From Bdellovibrionales bacterium (lineage in GTDB: Bacteria; Bdellovibrionota; Bdellovibrionia; Bdellovibrionales; CAYMLA01), in NCBI GenBank assembly GCA_965217115.1, contig OZ244239.1:2014672-2078671 (forward strand): a stretch of DNA of 64,000 bases, in the 5' to 3' direction. The notes below the pieces were generated by a model, which saw only the letters and a list, made by a program, of their open reading frames with translations, was not told where the DNA came from and did no database searches. The translations under genes and the position numbers were made by a program. The number at the start of each line of letters is the position of its first letter. Position 1 is the stretch's first letter. Below are positions 47,377 through 57,451 of this stretch, in pieces.

Positions 47377-49266
47377 ATGCAAAAAACTCTAGGGATGATT
47401 ATTTTAGCTCTCTTAAGTGGTTGTGCTTCAGTCCCGGATATTAATCAAGGGGTGAAGAAGGTTAAAACCTATAAGGCGGAGGACTTCTTTAAGACCATCA
47501 CCTATTTTGGAGCCCGCTTTTCCTTTGACGAGTCCAAGATTTTACTGACGAGCGATAAAACGGGTATCTATAATGCCTATAGTATTCCTTTTTCCGGAGG
47601 GAAGCTGAAGCAGCTGACAAACTCCAAGAAGAGTATGGTCAGGGCAGTAGGCTATTTCCCAAAAGATGACCGCGTGCTCTACACTTCGGACAAGGAAGGA
47701 AATGAACTCAGCCACCTCTATGTGTTGGAAAAAAATAATCGCAGAGTAGACTTAACACCAAAGAAGGAGACGAAGGCTCGCTTCTTTGCTTGGGAGAAGT
47801 CAAAAAAATTCTTTTTCGTTGTGACCAATGAGAGAGATTCCAAGTTTTTTGATATCTATCGATATAACACCAAAACCTATAAAAGGGTTATGATCTTTAA
47901 AAACACGTTGGAGGGCACTCCTAAGTCCATTAGCCGCAGTGGAAGGTGGCTAACGGTTTTAAAGGTAAATAATAATGTTGATTCTAATATCTTGCTCATT
48001 GATTTACACAGTAAGAAAAAGCGACCTCTTCTGATTACCAAGCACGAAGGCTTCGCCAATTTTTCTCCTCAGACTTTTACCCCTGATGAGTCTCAGTTGA
48101 TTTACATGACCAATTTCAAAAGCGAGTTTTTAGAAGCCTGGTCTTATGATCTCAAAACAAAAAAACATGCCCCGTATTTTAAGGCTAAATGGAGTATTAG
48201 CTTTTTGTATTTTTCAGAAAAGGGCACCTACCGAATCATAGGTATTAATAGGGATGCTCAAACGGTGGTTAGGATAGACAATATTAAGACAGGGAAGCGG
48301 TATGAGCTTCCAAAATTTGAGGGCAATATTACAGGTGTGAGGATTTCTCCTTCAGAGACCAAGATTGCTTTCTATGTTGGGAGTGACACCTCTCCACCGA
48401 ATCTATTCACAACCAAATTAGAGGTTTTAAGACCGACTCAACTTACGAAGAGTTTGAGCCCCGTCATAGCGTCTACAGATTTGGTCAATGGTCACGTTGT
48501 GCGCTATCGGAGCTTTGATGGGGTAAAAATCCCTTCGATTCTTTTTAAACCTTGGGCGGCTAGCATAGAAACTCCTACACCAGCAGTGATTTTTGTCCAC
48601 GGAGGACCAGGAGGGCAGAGCCGTAAAGGCTATTACGATACGATTCAGCACCTGGTGAATAATGGTTATGCGGTTTTAATGGTCAATAATAGAGGCTCTT
48701 CCGGTTATGGGAAGACCTTTTTTCACCTAGATGATAAAAAGCACGGTGATGCTGATTTAAAGGACTGTATTTGGGGAAAAAAATACCTTCAAAAACTCAA
48801 GTGGATTAACCCTGACAAAATTGCAATTATGGGGGGCAGTTATGGCGGCTATATGGTAGCGGCAGCATTGACTTTCACTCCAAATGAGTTTGAGGCTGGT
48901 ATTAATATTTTTGGTGTGACTAATTGGCTGAGAACGTTAAAGAGTATACCGCCGTATTGGGAATCAATACGAACTTACCTTTACAGTGAAATCGGAGACC
49001 CCAATACTGAGGAGGCCGCCCTGAGAGCAAAATCTCCTCTTTTTCACGCCAACCGAATTGTTAAGCCCTTAATGGTTGTTCAGGGGGCTAATGACCCACG
49101 AGTGCTTCAGTCTGAGAGTGACGATTTGGTTGCCGCGGCCAGAAGGAACGGCACGCCGGTTGAGTATCTGCTCTTTAAAGACGAGGGGCATGGCTTTAGA
49201 AAAATCAAAAATAGAATCAAAGCCTCTAAAAGATATGTGCGATTTCTAGATAAACACCTCCAATGA
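47377..49266 (+). CDS. S9 (prolyl oligopeptidase/acylaminoacyl peptidase) family lipoprotein
   Basis: LSGC lipobox, beta-propeller, VHGGP, N.RGS.GYG, GGSYGG nucleophile, ND.RV, DEGHG. Confidence 0.95.
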   Translation: MQKTLGMIILALLSGCASVPDINQGVKKVKTYKAEDFFKTITYFGARFSFDESKILLTSDKTGIYNAYSIPFSGGKLKQLTNSKKSMVRAVGYFPKDDRVLYTSDKEGNELSHLYVLEKNNRRVDLTPKKETKARFFAWEKSKKFFFVVTNERDSKFFDIYRYNTKTYKRVMIFKNTLEGTPKSISRSGRWLTVLKVNNNVDSNILLIDLHSKKKRPLLITKHEGFANFSPQTFTPDESQLIYMTNFKSEFLEAWSYDLKTKKHAPYFKAKWSISFLYFSEKGTYRIIGINRDAQTVVRIDNIKTGKRYELPKFEGNITGVRISPSETKIAFYVGSDTSPPNLFTTKLEVLRPTQLTKSLSPVIASTDLVNGHVVRYRSFDGVKIPSILFKPWAASIETPTPAVIFVHGGPGGQSRKGYYDTIQHLVNNGYAVLMVNNRGSSGYGKTFFHLDDKKHGDADLKDCIWGKKYLQKLKWINPDKIAIMGGSYGGYMVAAALTFTPNEFEAGINIFGVTNWLRTLKSIPPYWESIRTYLYSEIGDPNTEEAALRAKSPLFHANRIVKPLMVVQGANDPRVLQSESDDLVAAARRNGTPVEYLLFKDEGHGFRKIKNRIKASKRYVRFLDKHLQ

Positions 49267-49470
49267 GTTATATTTAAAGCTTGGAGCAGGGGGGAGCTCG
49301 CGAATGGACTTTCCCTTGTATCACGAGTTTTTAAAAACGAGCCCATTTCCTTGGGCTAGGGGCTTGTGCCGTGGTCACTGCAGGCCAGTCTTTAGTCGGG
49401 TTTGCTTGAGCTTGATTGAGTTTGCTTGAGCTATATTCGATAATCTTATGAAGACAAGAAAAGGGGTTTT

Positions 49471-50664
49471 ATGAAAATAACCGTGATATTCCTAGTTGGT
49501 TTAAGTCTTATTGGCTGTTCTGGGATACAAGAAAAAACAGCGTCCACTGCAATTACGAAAAGAAATATTTCGTCAACTCTGGGAAGGAGTAGCAAGTGTG
49601 AAAAACCATCTTCTTCCAATGTAAAGAATGCTTTTAGATTGATTGAAGCTGGAGAAACTGGCCTCTGTCAGCTTTTACAAACTAATGCCGTTTCTAAGGC
49701 TGCCCATAATTCTGAGTGTGAGACCATGTATCATTTAGCTATAAGAGCCCATAACCAGGATGCAATAACCTGTCTAAAATCAAAAAATTTCAATATTTTA
49801 TTTAGAGAAGGTGAGGGAAACGACAATAAAAAAACCAATGAAAGTAAACGACCATTTCTTGAGTATGTGGTTAAACATGGGAGTTTAGATTTCATAAAAA
49901 AGTCAAATTTTGATTTTAGAATTAAAAGTATTTCTGAAGTCGCACTTTTTGCCTCAATGGATAGATCTGGTATTGCTGTTTTTAAATATGTCATGGCTCA
50001 AATAGCTTATGTAAATACCACTATTGGTTTTATTGGACGCCTCATGGGTAGGAGACTTGATATAAATGCTATGCGCAGCAGGTATGGTATGGAGGTATTA
50101 GTGCATGCAGTTATGTATAATGAAAATGTTGAAGTGACTGAACATCTCTTGCGGGCGGGGGCTGATGAAAATGCTGCGAACGCTGCTGGTAGGACAGTAT
50201 TAATGTCTGCAGCAATATATAATAAAAATGTTGAAGTGATTAAAGCTCTCTTGCGGGCAGATGTTGAGGTAAATGCTGTGAACATCTATGGAGATACAGC
50301 ATTAATGTTTTCAGCAGAATATAATGAAAATGTTGAAGTGTCTGAAGCTCTCTTGGCGGCAGATGCTAAGGTAAGGGTTAAGGACAACAGGGGCCAGACA
50401 GTATTAATGCGTGCAGCAAGACATAATAATAACGTTGATGTGACCAAGCTTTTCTTGCGGCCAGATATTAAAATTGATGCTGTGGATAACGAGGGCTATA
50501 CAGCATTAATGCATGCAGTAGAGTATAATAGAAATATTGAAGTGACTAAAGCCCTCTTGGCGGCAGATGCTAATAGAAATATCGTGGGCATTAGGGGAGA
50601 CGCATTAACTATAGCAAAAAACGCCGGTAATGAAGCCTTTGTGAGGCTTTTAAGAAAACGATAG
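49471..50664 (+). CDS. Ankyrin-repeat lipoprotein
   Basis: LIGC lipobox; repeats G.T.LM.A..YN.NVEV...LL.A.A.VN. Confidence 0.9.
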   Translation: MKITVIFLVGLSLIGCSGIQEKTASTAITKRNISSTLGRSSKCEKPSSSNVKNAFRLIEAGETGLCQLLQTNAVSKAAHNSECETMYHLAIRAHNQDAITCLKSKNFNILFREGEGNDNKKTNESKRPFLEYVVKHGSLDFIKKSNFDFRIKSISEVALFASMDRSGIAVFKYVMAQIAYVNTTIGFIGRLMGRRLDINAMRSRYGMEVLVHAVMYNENVEVTEHLLRAGADENAANAAGRTVLMSAAIYNKNVEVIKALLRADVEVNAVNIYGDTALMFSAEYNENVEVSEALLAADAKVRVKDNRGQTVLMRAARHNNNVDVTKLFLRPDIKIDAVDNEGYTALMHAVEYNRNIEVTKALLAADANRNIVGIRGDALTIAKNAGNEAFVRLLRKR

Positions 50665-50673
50665 GAGGTTTTT

Positions 50674-51119
50674 ATGAAGGCATTTATGAAGGTGTTTTTG
50701 CTTTTTTGTTAAGTTTAAATTTTATTGGCTGTTCTGGAATACAAGAAAAAACAACATCTGCCACGGTTAAAAAAAGGAAGGTTGCAGCGTCTTGGAATTT
50801 TTCTATTGGTGGCACTTCTGAAAAGTCATTAGATCCAAATGTAGACAAAGCAAGAAAGCTTTGTAGAGCTAATAAAATTATAGCCCTTACAAGCAAGGCT
50901 CAAGATCTACATAAATCTGAAGTATTGACACAAGTTTATAATTGCTACACTGCAGTCATTCATAAAATTAACGATGAACTTTTTGTAGAGGAATTTGAGC
51001 GGATCTGGGTTCTGTATCAAGTAGAGCCAATGTTAGAGTTTTGGGAAGAAGATCAGGATGTAGGGCCAGAAGCCTTTCTTAGTGGGTACAAAAACATATT
51101 AAAAGATCTAGATTTGTAA
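50674..51119 (+). pseudogene. Lipoprotein gene frameshifted in a T6 run within the signal peptide
   Basis: AGGAGG RBS + ATG 50674 gives MKAFMKVFLLFC*; one extra T restores frame into LSLNFIGCSGIQEKTT. Confidence 0.7.
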
Positions 51120-51625
51120 CTAAACCTCACTCACAGAAGCAGTAAAGTTTCATTTAAAAAAAAGAATTCTTCAAATCAATCGTTATACATGGTTTAAAGA
51201 CGCACAAAACCATTTAACTTCTAGCCCCGTAGAGTTGACAAATATTTACAGAGAGGAAGTTCCTAAGTTGACGCCAAGACTATTTGTTTAATACGGGTTG
51301 TTTTGATGAACCCCTTTATCGTGTCATCTCAGCCCAAGTTTGATTTTTTAAAAGAATTTTTGCTAGAATTAGACACCGAATAAAACATTCCTATCCCTCC
51401 CCCCTGTTATCATGTGCATTTCTGAGTGTACGGGCTTGCTCTTAGAGATTCGTGAATCTATTACAGGGTTAAATCTATAAAAATTATCATCCAGAAGTCA
51501 ATTATATCTGCTCTATAGGGATGCTGTTAGTATCGGTTGTGTGTTTTAAACAAAGGGTCATAAAATGACCAGAGAGGCCAGTGAATAAGCTATTACTCAA
51601 ATGAGTAATAACAAAGGAGAAAGGG

Positions 51626-51973
51626 GTGAGAAAAATTATTTTAGGACTTATCTTGTTCTCCTCATTATCTGCATTTTCATGGCATAAAGATCATGGAGAC
51701 CATGAAGATCATGGAAAACATGAAGAACATGAAGAACATGAAGAGCCTAAAGAACCTAAAGAAATAGTTTGCGGAATGGAAGTAGACCGAACTTGGAAAG
51801 CGACCAAAGGCACGACTCGTCGTTCTATAAAAGCGCTTCTCTCATTTCTTCGTGAAGCGAAGTTTATTCAATCCTGTACCAATAGCAATGGTGTGGTTGC
51901 AGTTATTTACAGAGTTGAAGATCGAGAATATGACACAGAATCGATAGATGCGGCAATTCTTCCCTCGGATTGA
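51626..51973 (+). CDS. Small secreted protein with His/Glu-rich repeat
   Basis: AAGGAG RBS, signal peptide, HKDHGDHEDHGKHEEHEEHEEPKEPKE. Confidence 0.75.
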   Translation: MRKIILGLILFSSLSAFSWHKDHGDHEDHGKHEEHEEHEEPKEPKEIVCGMEVDRTWKATKGTTRRSIKALLSFLREAKFIQSCTNSNGVVAVIYRVEDREYDTESIDAAILPSD

Positions 51974-52366
51974 TGGCGACCAAACTCTAGAGATGATGCT
52001 ATTAATTGGTTTAATAGTCAGCAATTTCGCCGGGGAAAAAGAATCACACTTTTCAATGAGTAAATCGACAAAGAGGCTTCAAGCCTTGGCATGGACAGAT
52101 ATTGAATCTCTTAAAATGACCCAAGAAGAAGTTGATTTTATGATCTTTAAATTACAGAAAAATAAGATCAAAAAATTGAGGCGTTGAATATGAAACGAAG
52201 GCTCTTTAAAAGCATCTTTTTTATTTTTCATGGTGTAGACTTTTTGAGTATATGGGTTAAAAGGGCACTTTGCGGTGGCCGTTTAAAATTTTCCTAGCCC
52301 TGTCGCCTGAAGACAATCGACAGGGCTAGGAGATTTTTAAAATTAAAAAGAACCATTGGGGCATTT

Positions 52367-52906
52367 GTGGAGTTAAAAACAGAGAGATTATTATTGAATT
52401 CATTTAGAGATTCTGATGGCTCCTTAGTAGCTAAGCTTGCAGGGGATAAAAGAGTTGTGGAAATGACAGCATCCATTCCTTATCCCTATGAAACTCAAAT
52501 GGCAGTTTCCTGGATTCAAAGTCATGAAAAACAAAGGGAAGAGGATTTCAACTATATTTTTGCAATTCGCCTCAGAGAGAGTGGAGAATTAATTGGATGT
52601 ATGAATATAGGTCTTAATAAAGGTCATGATCGAGGATATTTAGGTTACTGGATTGGGCATGATTATTGGGGGAGAGGATATTGTACTGAGTCTTTAAAAA
52701 AAATAATAAAATTTGGATTTGAAGAGAAAAATCTCAACAAAATCTGGGCTGAACATAAATCCCTTAATGTCGCTAGTGGAAGAGTTATGGAAAAAGCAGG
52801 AATGAAGCATGAGGGAGTAATGAGAGATCATTATAAACAAGGAGAAAACTCTTATCTTGATATGTCACTTAAATCAATCCTAAGGAAAGAGTATAGGAGT
52901 GACTAA
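52367..52906 (+). CDS. GNAT N-acetyltransferase (RimJ/RimL family)
   Basis: LKTERLLL, LGYWIG..YWGRGY.TE, N.ASGRVMEKAGM..EG. Confidence 0.93.
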   Translation: MELKTERLLLNSFRDSDGSLVAKLAGDKRVVEMTASIPYPYETQMAVSWIQSHEKQREEDFNYIFAIRLRESGELIGCMNIGLNKGHDRGYLGYWIGHDYWGRGYCTESLKKIIKFGFEEKNLNKIWAEHKSLNVASGRVMEKAGMKHEGVMRDHYKQGENSYLDMSLKSILRKEYRSD

Positions 52907-52920
52907 TTTTTTTTTCACAT
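52833..52920 (+). repeat. Direct repeat copy 1 (3' end of the GNAT gene)
   Basis: ~85 bp near-identical to 54047-54132. Confidence 0.9.
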
Positions 52921-53115
52921 AGAGCCATAAAAATATTTAAGCACAAGAGACAATAATAATCATTTCTTTGTCAATGTGTATCTCCTTGTATTACATTTAA
53001 TTCTATTCTAAAAAAACACTCGCCCTTAGTTCAGCTCAGTTTAGCTTAGTTTAGCTTAGTTTGAGATAATCTGATAGACTTGTTAGCAAGTGAATAATAC
53101 AAATATGAGGGTTTT

Positions 53116-54027
53116 ATGATAAAAATAATTATATTAATTCTGTTAAGTTCAAGCTTTGTTGCTTGCTCTGGAATGAAACGAAAAACAACATCGGCTATTT
53201 TGAAAAAAAGAGGGATTGCTCTTACTAATTCTGATAAAATGCCTTTGACAAATGACGATCTTAGACGATTTTATAAAAATGCATGTAAAAAAATAGGGTT
53301 TACTAAAATTAAAGTGAGAGGAGGTTATCTTCGATGCATTAATGGTGGATGGGGCTTTAAAAATACCTTTCTCGAATCAAGTTATGACGAACCGAGAACA
53401 AGAATTATCTTTGGTAAAGAACAGGCAGATTTAATTAAGAGTTTTAAAAGAGAAATTCCTTCGGGGATAATTTTTCATGAAAGTGTTTTAACTTCTAATA
53501 ATGTGACTTTCAGCTTCTACCCAAGACTAACCCAACAAGAACATGACGATCTTCAAATGAGGATAACTCCATTGGAAAAAGACATAACTATTACTTTTGG
53601 GGAGTATTTAGCAACAGCTCCATCGAAAAAAATTAAAACATTATCTACCTTTGCTATAGATGTAGGAACATTAATCTATGATAAAAAGAAAAAAAATGCT
53701 GTGTTATACCACTCTAAGACAGAATATGTGGATATAATTCTAATGAGACAAATAAAACAAGAACTGCTAGATAGCGGATCAAATGAAGAGGATTTGATGT
53801 TTTGGGGCACAGATAGTATTACTTCTTCTGTGCGAGAACTTTATTTTGATAAGATGTTTAAATCTACGAGATATGATCTTCCTCGAAGTTTTTCATTTGA
53901 TTTAAAAACTCAGAAAATACTTCCCTACAATATGAAATATGTAACAAACATTTCGGATCGAATAGGAGAAATATTAATAAAAATGAAACATGGGATTCCA
54001 TATATAAGAAAGTTTATTAAATTTTAA
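53116..54027 (+). CDS. Hypothetical lipoprotein
   Basis: FVAC lipobox, leader CSGMKRKTTSA..KKR similar to the 49471 and 50674 genes; AT-rich. Confidence 0.8.
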   Translation: MIKIIILILLSSSFVACSGMKRKTTSAILKKRGIALTNSDKMPLTNDDLRRFYKNACKKIGFTKIKVRGGYLRCINGGWGFKNTFLESSYDEPRTRIIFGKEQADLIKSFKREIPSGIIFHESVLTSNNVTFSFYPRLTQQEHDDLQMRITPLEKDITITFGEYLATAPSKKIKTLSTFAIDVGTLIYDKKKKNAVLYHSKTEYVDIILMRQIKQELLDSGSNEEDLMFWGTDSITSSVRELYFDKMFKSTRYDLPRSFSFDLKTQKILPYNMKYVTNISDRIGEILIKMKHGIPYIRKFIKF

Positions 54028-54046
54028 TAAAAATAAAAATCTCCAA

Positions 54047-54132
54047 ATAAACAAGGAGAAAACTCTTATTTTGATATGTCACTTAAATCAATCCTAAGGA
54101 AAGAGTATAGGTGTGACTAATTTTTTTCATAT
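54047..54132 (+). repeat. Direct repeat copy 2 (duplicated GNAT 3' end)
   Basis: ATAAACAAGGAGAAAACTCTTAT...GTGACTAATTTTTT with two substitutions in the coding part. Confidence 0.9.
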
Positions 54133-54281
54133 GACAATGATATTTAGCAGTATAAGATGGCGGAATGATTTACGATATAGAAAAACTAGAACCGTCATAG
54201 GTCAATCCTCTAACTTGCGTGAATTAAACACTCGGTTTGTAATTAAACCTCACTCAGAAAGGCGATAAAGTTTCACTAAAG

Positions 54282-54313
54282 AAAAAGGACTATTTAAAAT
54301 AGTCCTTTTTTTT
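54282..54313. terminator. Bidirectional intrinsic terminator
   Basis: AAAAAGGACTATTT-A-AAATAGTCCTTTTT between convergent genes. Confidence 0.85.
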
Positions 54314-54398
54314 AGCCCTTCCTCTAACGATTTACAAAGCAAAGACAAAATCTAAATTGCTATGGCTAAGCCGGTCATTGGTTCGGATATGCTACTGT

Positions 54399-54836
54399 CT
54401 AGTCAGCAAGTTTTAGTCCAGAACATGTAAGATTTCTTCTCAAATATTCTTCAATCACATTTTTGTATTCGATAGAATCATAAGCAGCCGTTATATATAA
54501 ACCTCTAAACTGAGTGGGCTCATAAGAATCATTTATTTTTACATAAATTTTAGTTTTATACTCAACGACTCTAGTGGGGTCCACCACAAATTCGTGACTG
54601 TTACCTACAAAAAGGTTGAAATTATCAACACCACAGGTAGAGGTAGCAGGAAGAATTAAGTCTGTATACGATGTTGTTATAGTAGCCGTCATCATTTTTT
54701 CTGCAAATTTATTACAAATAGCAACCTTGGGCTCTTCAAATTTCAGCCAACAAGCATCTCCGTTATTGTCAGTTCCTGTATATGTTTTACTCATAGCAGG
54801 TAGAGCAAATAATAGCACTAATAAAGCTTTGAACAT
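54399..54836 (-). CDS. Hypothetical secreted protein
   Basis: AAGGAGG RBS, signal peptide ending AMS, four Cys. Confidence 0.8.
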   Translation of the reverse strand: MFKALLVLLFALPAMSKTYTGTDNNGDACWLKFEEPKVAICNKFAEKMMTATITTSYTDLILPATSTCGVDNFNLFVGNSHEFVVDPTRVVEYKTKIYVKINDSYEPTQFRGLYITAAYDSIEYKNVIEEYLRRNLTCSGLKLAD

Positions 54837-55268
54837 TTTTTCCTCCTTAATTATAGGAATGGTTTTATCGTGAATTTTGCTCACAATTTGTTTACTTAAC
54901 TTATACCACAGATCCTGCAAATAAGTAAGAAACAAGGTACTTAATACAATGACTGTGTAATCTTTACTATTGTAAATTTTGTAATTACTTCTTATGCAAA
55001 TCCATCCATCGTTTTTGTGTTTGGTGAAGGGGCAGTTGGATTTTATGTAGGAAGCTGAGCCTTAGAGGAACTAGTAATTTCAATAAGCTATATGAGTGGG
55101 TGGTAGGGTGAGGTGTCTATTCTTTTGACAGTTTTTTTGTAAAAAGTACATGAACTTAAAAAACATTGAGTGATCTATAAGTTTCCAAGCTATAATCCCT
55201 TATTATAAAGACACCAGAGAGTTCGCTCGTAAGGCGATATGAAAACCATTAATTTTGGGAGTTTATTT

Positions 55269-55763
55269 ATGAAAAAAAGTTACTTACTAGGATGTATTAT
55301 TCTTATGTTCAGTACACAATTATGGGCAAAACGTACTGATAAATGTCCAGATCGCTTAGAGGAGTTCACTTGTAACAATGTTAAAAATATTCCCTATCAC
55401 AATAGAATAAAACTGACTGCATTACTAAAAGGAGTAAAGAGTTACTACGCATATGTAAAATTTTATGAGGACCACTGGGGGCAAATGAAAGGCATTCACT
55501 GCAGTATTGACGGAAATTATATACAAACATTAAACATCCAAGAGTTTGCGGGATACCAAGCGCCAAATAAATTATACGTAGAGCCGACTGTAATGAATAG
55601 AGAGTTTGGATTAGTTAGTGAGCGTCGAGATCAGAGAAGTCTTCGTGATTTCTCTGATGAGCCCCATAGACCTTGTTCATCAGAAAACGATACTCTATCT
55701 GAGAAGCCTGATTCCTTCCTGTGGAATATGAAGGGAGTTTTACTTGATATACCCAAGCGGTAA
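55269..55763 (+). CDS. Hypothetical secreted protein
   Basis: GGAG RBS, signal peptide ending LWA, four Cys in the mature part. Confidence 0.75.
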   Translation: MKKSYLLGCIILMFSTQLWAKRTDKCPDRLEEFTCNNVKNIPYHNRIKLTALLKGVKSYYAYVKFYEDHWGQMKGIHCSIDGNYIQTLNIQEFAGYQAPNKLYVEPTVMNREFGLVSERRDQRSLRDFSDEPHRPCSSENDTLSEKPDSFLWNMKGVLLDIPKR

Positions 55764-55871
55764 AAGAGGTTCCGCTAATACGGATGAAACCTTTGCAGAT
55801 TGAACTATTTTGACGAAACAGCTAATCGGAAACTATTAGTTTTAATTTGAGTTCAAAACCTAGGGATAAAG

Positions 55872-56048
55872 ATGATAAAAACACTCATAGCTTTATATGT
55901 TTTTTTGATTGCTCATAGTGCTTTTTCTGATGAGGGCAAAGAAGTCATAGTTGTCTGCTTACAACGGTTTCAAAAAATCAAAAGCGGCTTAGAGTCATCT
56001 TGGTGTTTTTCTATAATAATTGTACTTACCTCACTCCCCATTGCTTAA
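55872..56048 (+). pseudogene. Short signal-peptide-bearing ORF, probable gene remnant (58 aa)
   Basis: MIKTLIALYVFLIAHSAFSDEG... then loses coherence; below the ORF-track cutoff. Confidence 0.4.
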
Positions 56049-56050
56049 TC

Positions 56051-56165
56051 TTGCAAAAAATACAAAAGCTTTCCGAGAGCTTGCTCATTTCTTCGTTTAG
56101 CGTAAGTATTGGCAGTCTGAATAAATAAATTATGAGTAAAACCTATAATAAAGCCATTACTCAAA
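56051..56165 (+). promoter_or_regulatory. Shared hairpin/promoter/leader module, copy A
   Basis: TTGCAAAAAATACAAAAGCTTTCCGA..GCTTG...GTTTRGCGTAAGTATT also at 56653-56712 and partly at 60976-61056. Confidence 0.65.
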
Positions 56166-56182
56166 TAAACGAGAGGTCAGTT

Positions 56183-56539
56183 ATGAAACTATTAATAGCA
56201 AGTCTAATTCTTTTTCTATCGGCAACAACTTTTGCAAAAATGACATGGGATTATAGAAACTATCCTGTTTGTAGTGATTCTGTGGAAAATGAATTGTACG
56301 CAGTTAATAGTATATTTTGTGAGTCTGTTAAAAAATTTTCCAACGGTGATTTTTGCTTACAAGCCAACTGTCTTTTAAATTCTCACATCTCTTACTGTGA
56401 TAAATCTGTACAAGAGTCTGTTTCGAAATTAAATATTTCATTAATGGATGGGTCTAAAGCTTCTAAGGAGATTTATGGTGCTCGTGCCAGATATTGTTTC
56501 CACGCTAGTGACATACACAATGTATGCCCCACACTATGA
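56183..56539 (+). CDS. Small Cys-rich secreted protein
   Basis: GAGG RBS, signal peptide ending TFA, seven Cys. Confidence 0.75.
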   Translation: MKLLIASLILFLSATTFAKMTWDYRNYPVCSDSVENELYAVNSIFCESVKKFSNGDFCLQANCLLNSHISYCDKSVQESVSKLNISLMDGSKASKEIYGARARYCFHASDIHNVCPTL

Positions 56540-56752
56540 TTTACTTCAAGATGGCTCTTTTTGGAGGCAACAAAAGATCAGTGCAAGAAGGTGATCAAAA
56601 GCCTAATTCAAATGAGTAATAAATAACAATCTGTAGTAAAATATCGGCGACTTTGCAAAAAATACAAAAGCTTTCCGAAGGCTTGTTTTTTTTTTAGTTT
56701 GGCGTAAGTATTCATCTGAAATTATAAGGGGCATTGCTCAAAGGATATAAAA

Positions 56753-57451
56753 ATGAAAAAATTTATTACAGTGTTATTACTATTGGTCTCTAGTATTGCT
56801 TATTCAGATAACCAAAGAGACATTGTTGATTTTAAATCGGTTGTTTCAGAGATCAATAAGTTTCAAGGAGATCATAAAGTAAGAAAAAACTCCGAAGAAT
56901 CTTATAGAGATAGAGATCATCGTAGAAATAGAAACGCCTAATCCAAGGACAAAGCACTTCGGAGTTCTAGAAAAATCTCTCGTACATTAAGGGAGACTGA
57001 GTATTATCCAGAAGATGATTCTTTGCTGGACGCCGTTGATTTTGCACTCAAGAGAATATTCCGTGGCCTTGCCAATTTTAATATTGACGAGATTCTTTCT
57101 GGAAATTCCCGTTCTAGAAATCCCCACCCAGGAAATCACCGCCCAGGAGGTCCCCGTGATCGCAACTCCCATACTTGCGTAACTATTCGGACTTTAGCGG
57201 CAGAAGTACATTATCCATATAGTGGCATTCGCGACACCACGAAACGTCGCCTGTTGCACAACGATAAGAGAACCCTAGACAAGAGATGTCGTGATCTAGG
57301 TCATGATTATTCTGACCTAAGAGAGACAACGAGTTATACTGGTAACAACTGGTGTAAGTACCACAATGCAAGGACAGCATCTTGGAACGGATCAAAGTGG
57401 ATCAAGCGCTCCTGCAAGAATGCTGTCAGTAAGCTGGTGTGTTGTCACTAG
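56753..57451 (+). pseudogene. Secreted Arg/Cys-rich protein interrupted by one in-frame TAA
   Basis: ORFs 56753-56941 and 57023-57451 are in the same frame; the only stop between them is TAA at 56939-56941. Confidence 0.75.

Noticed and set aside
51948-52187. 79-aa ORF as a real gene
   Set aside because: Overlaps the previous gene's end, with no RBS or recognisable motif; at most a remnant
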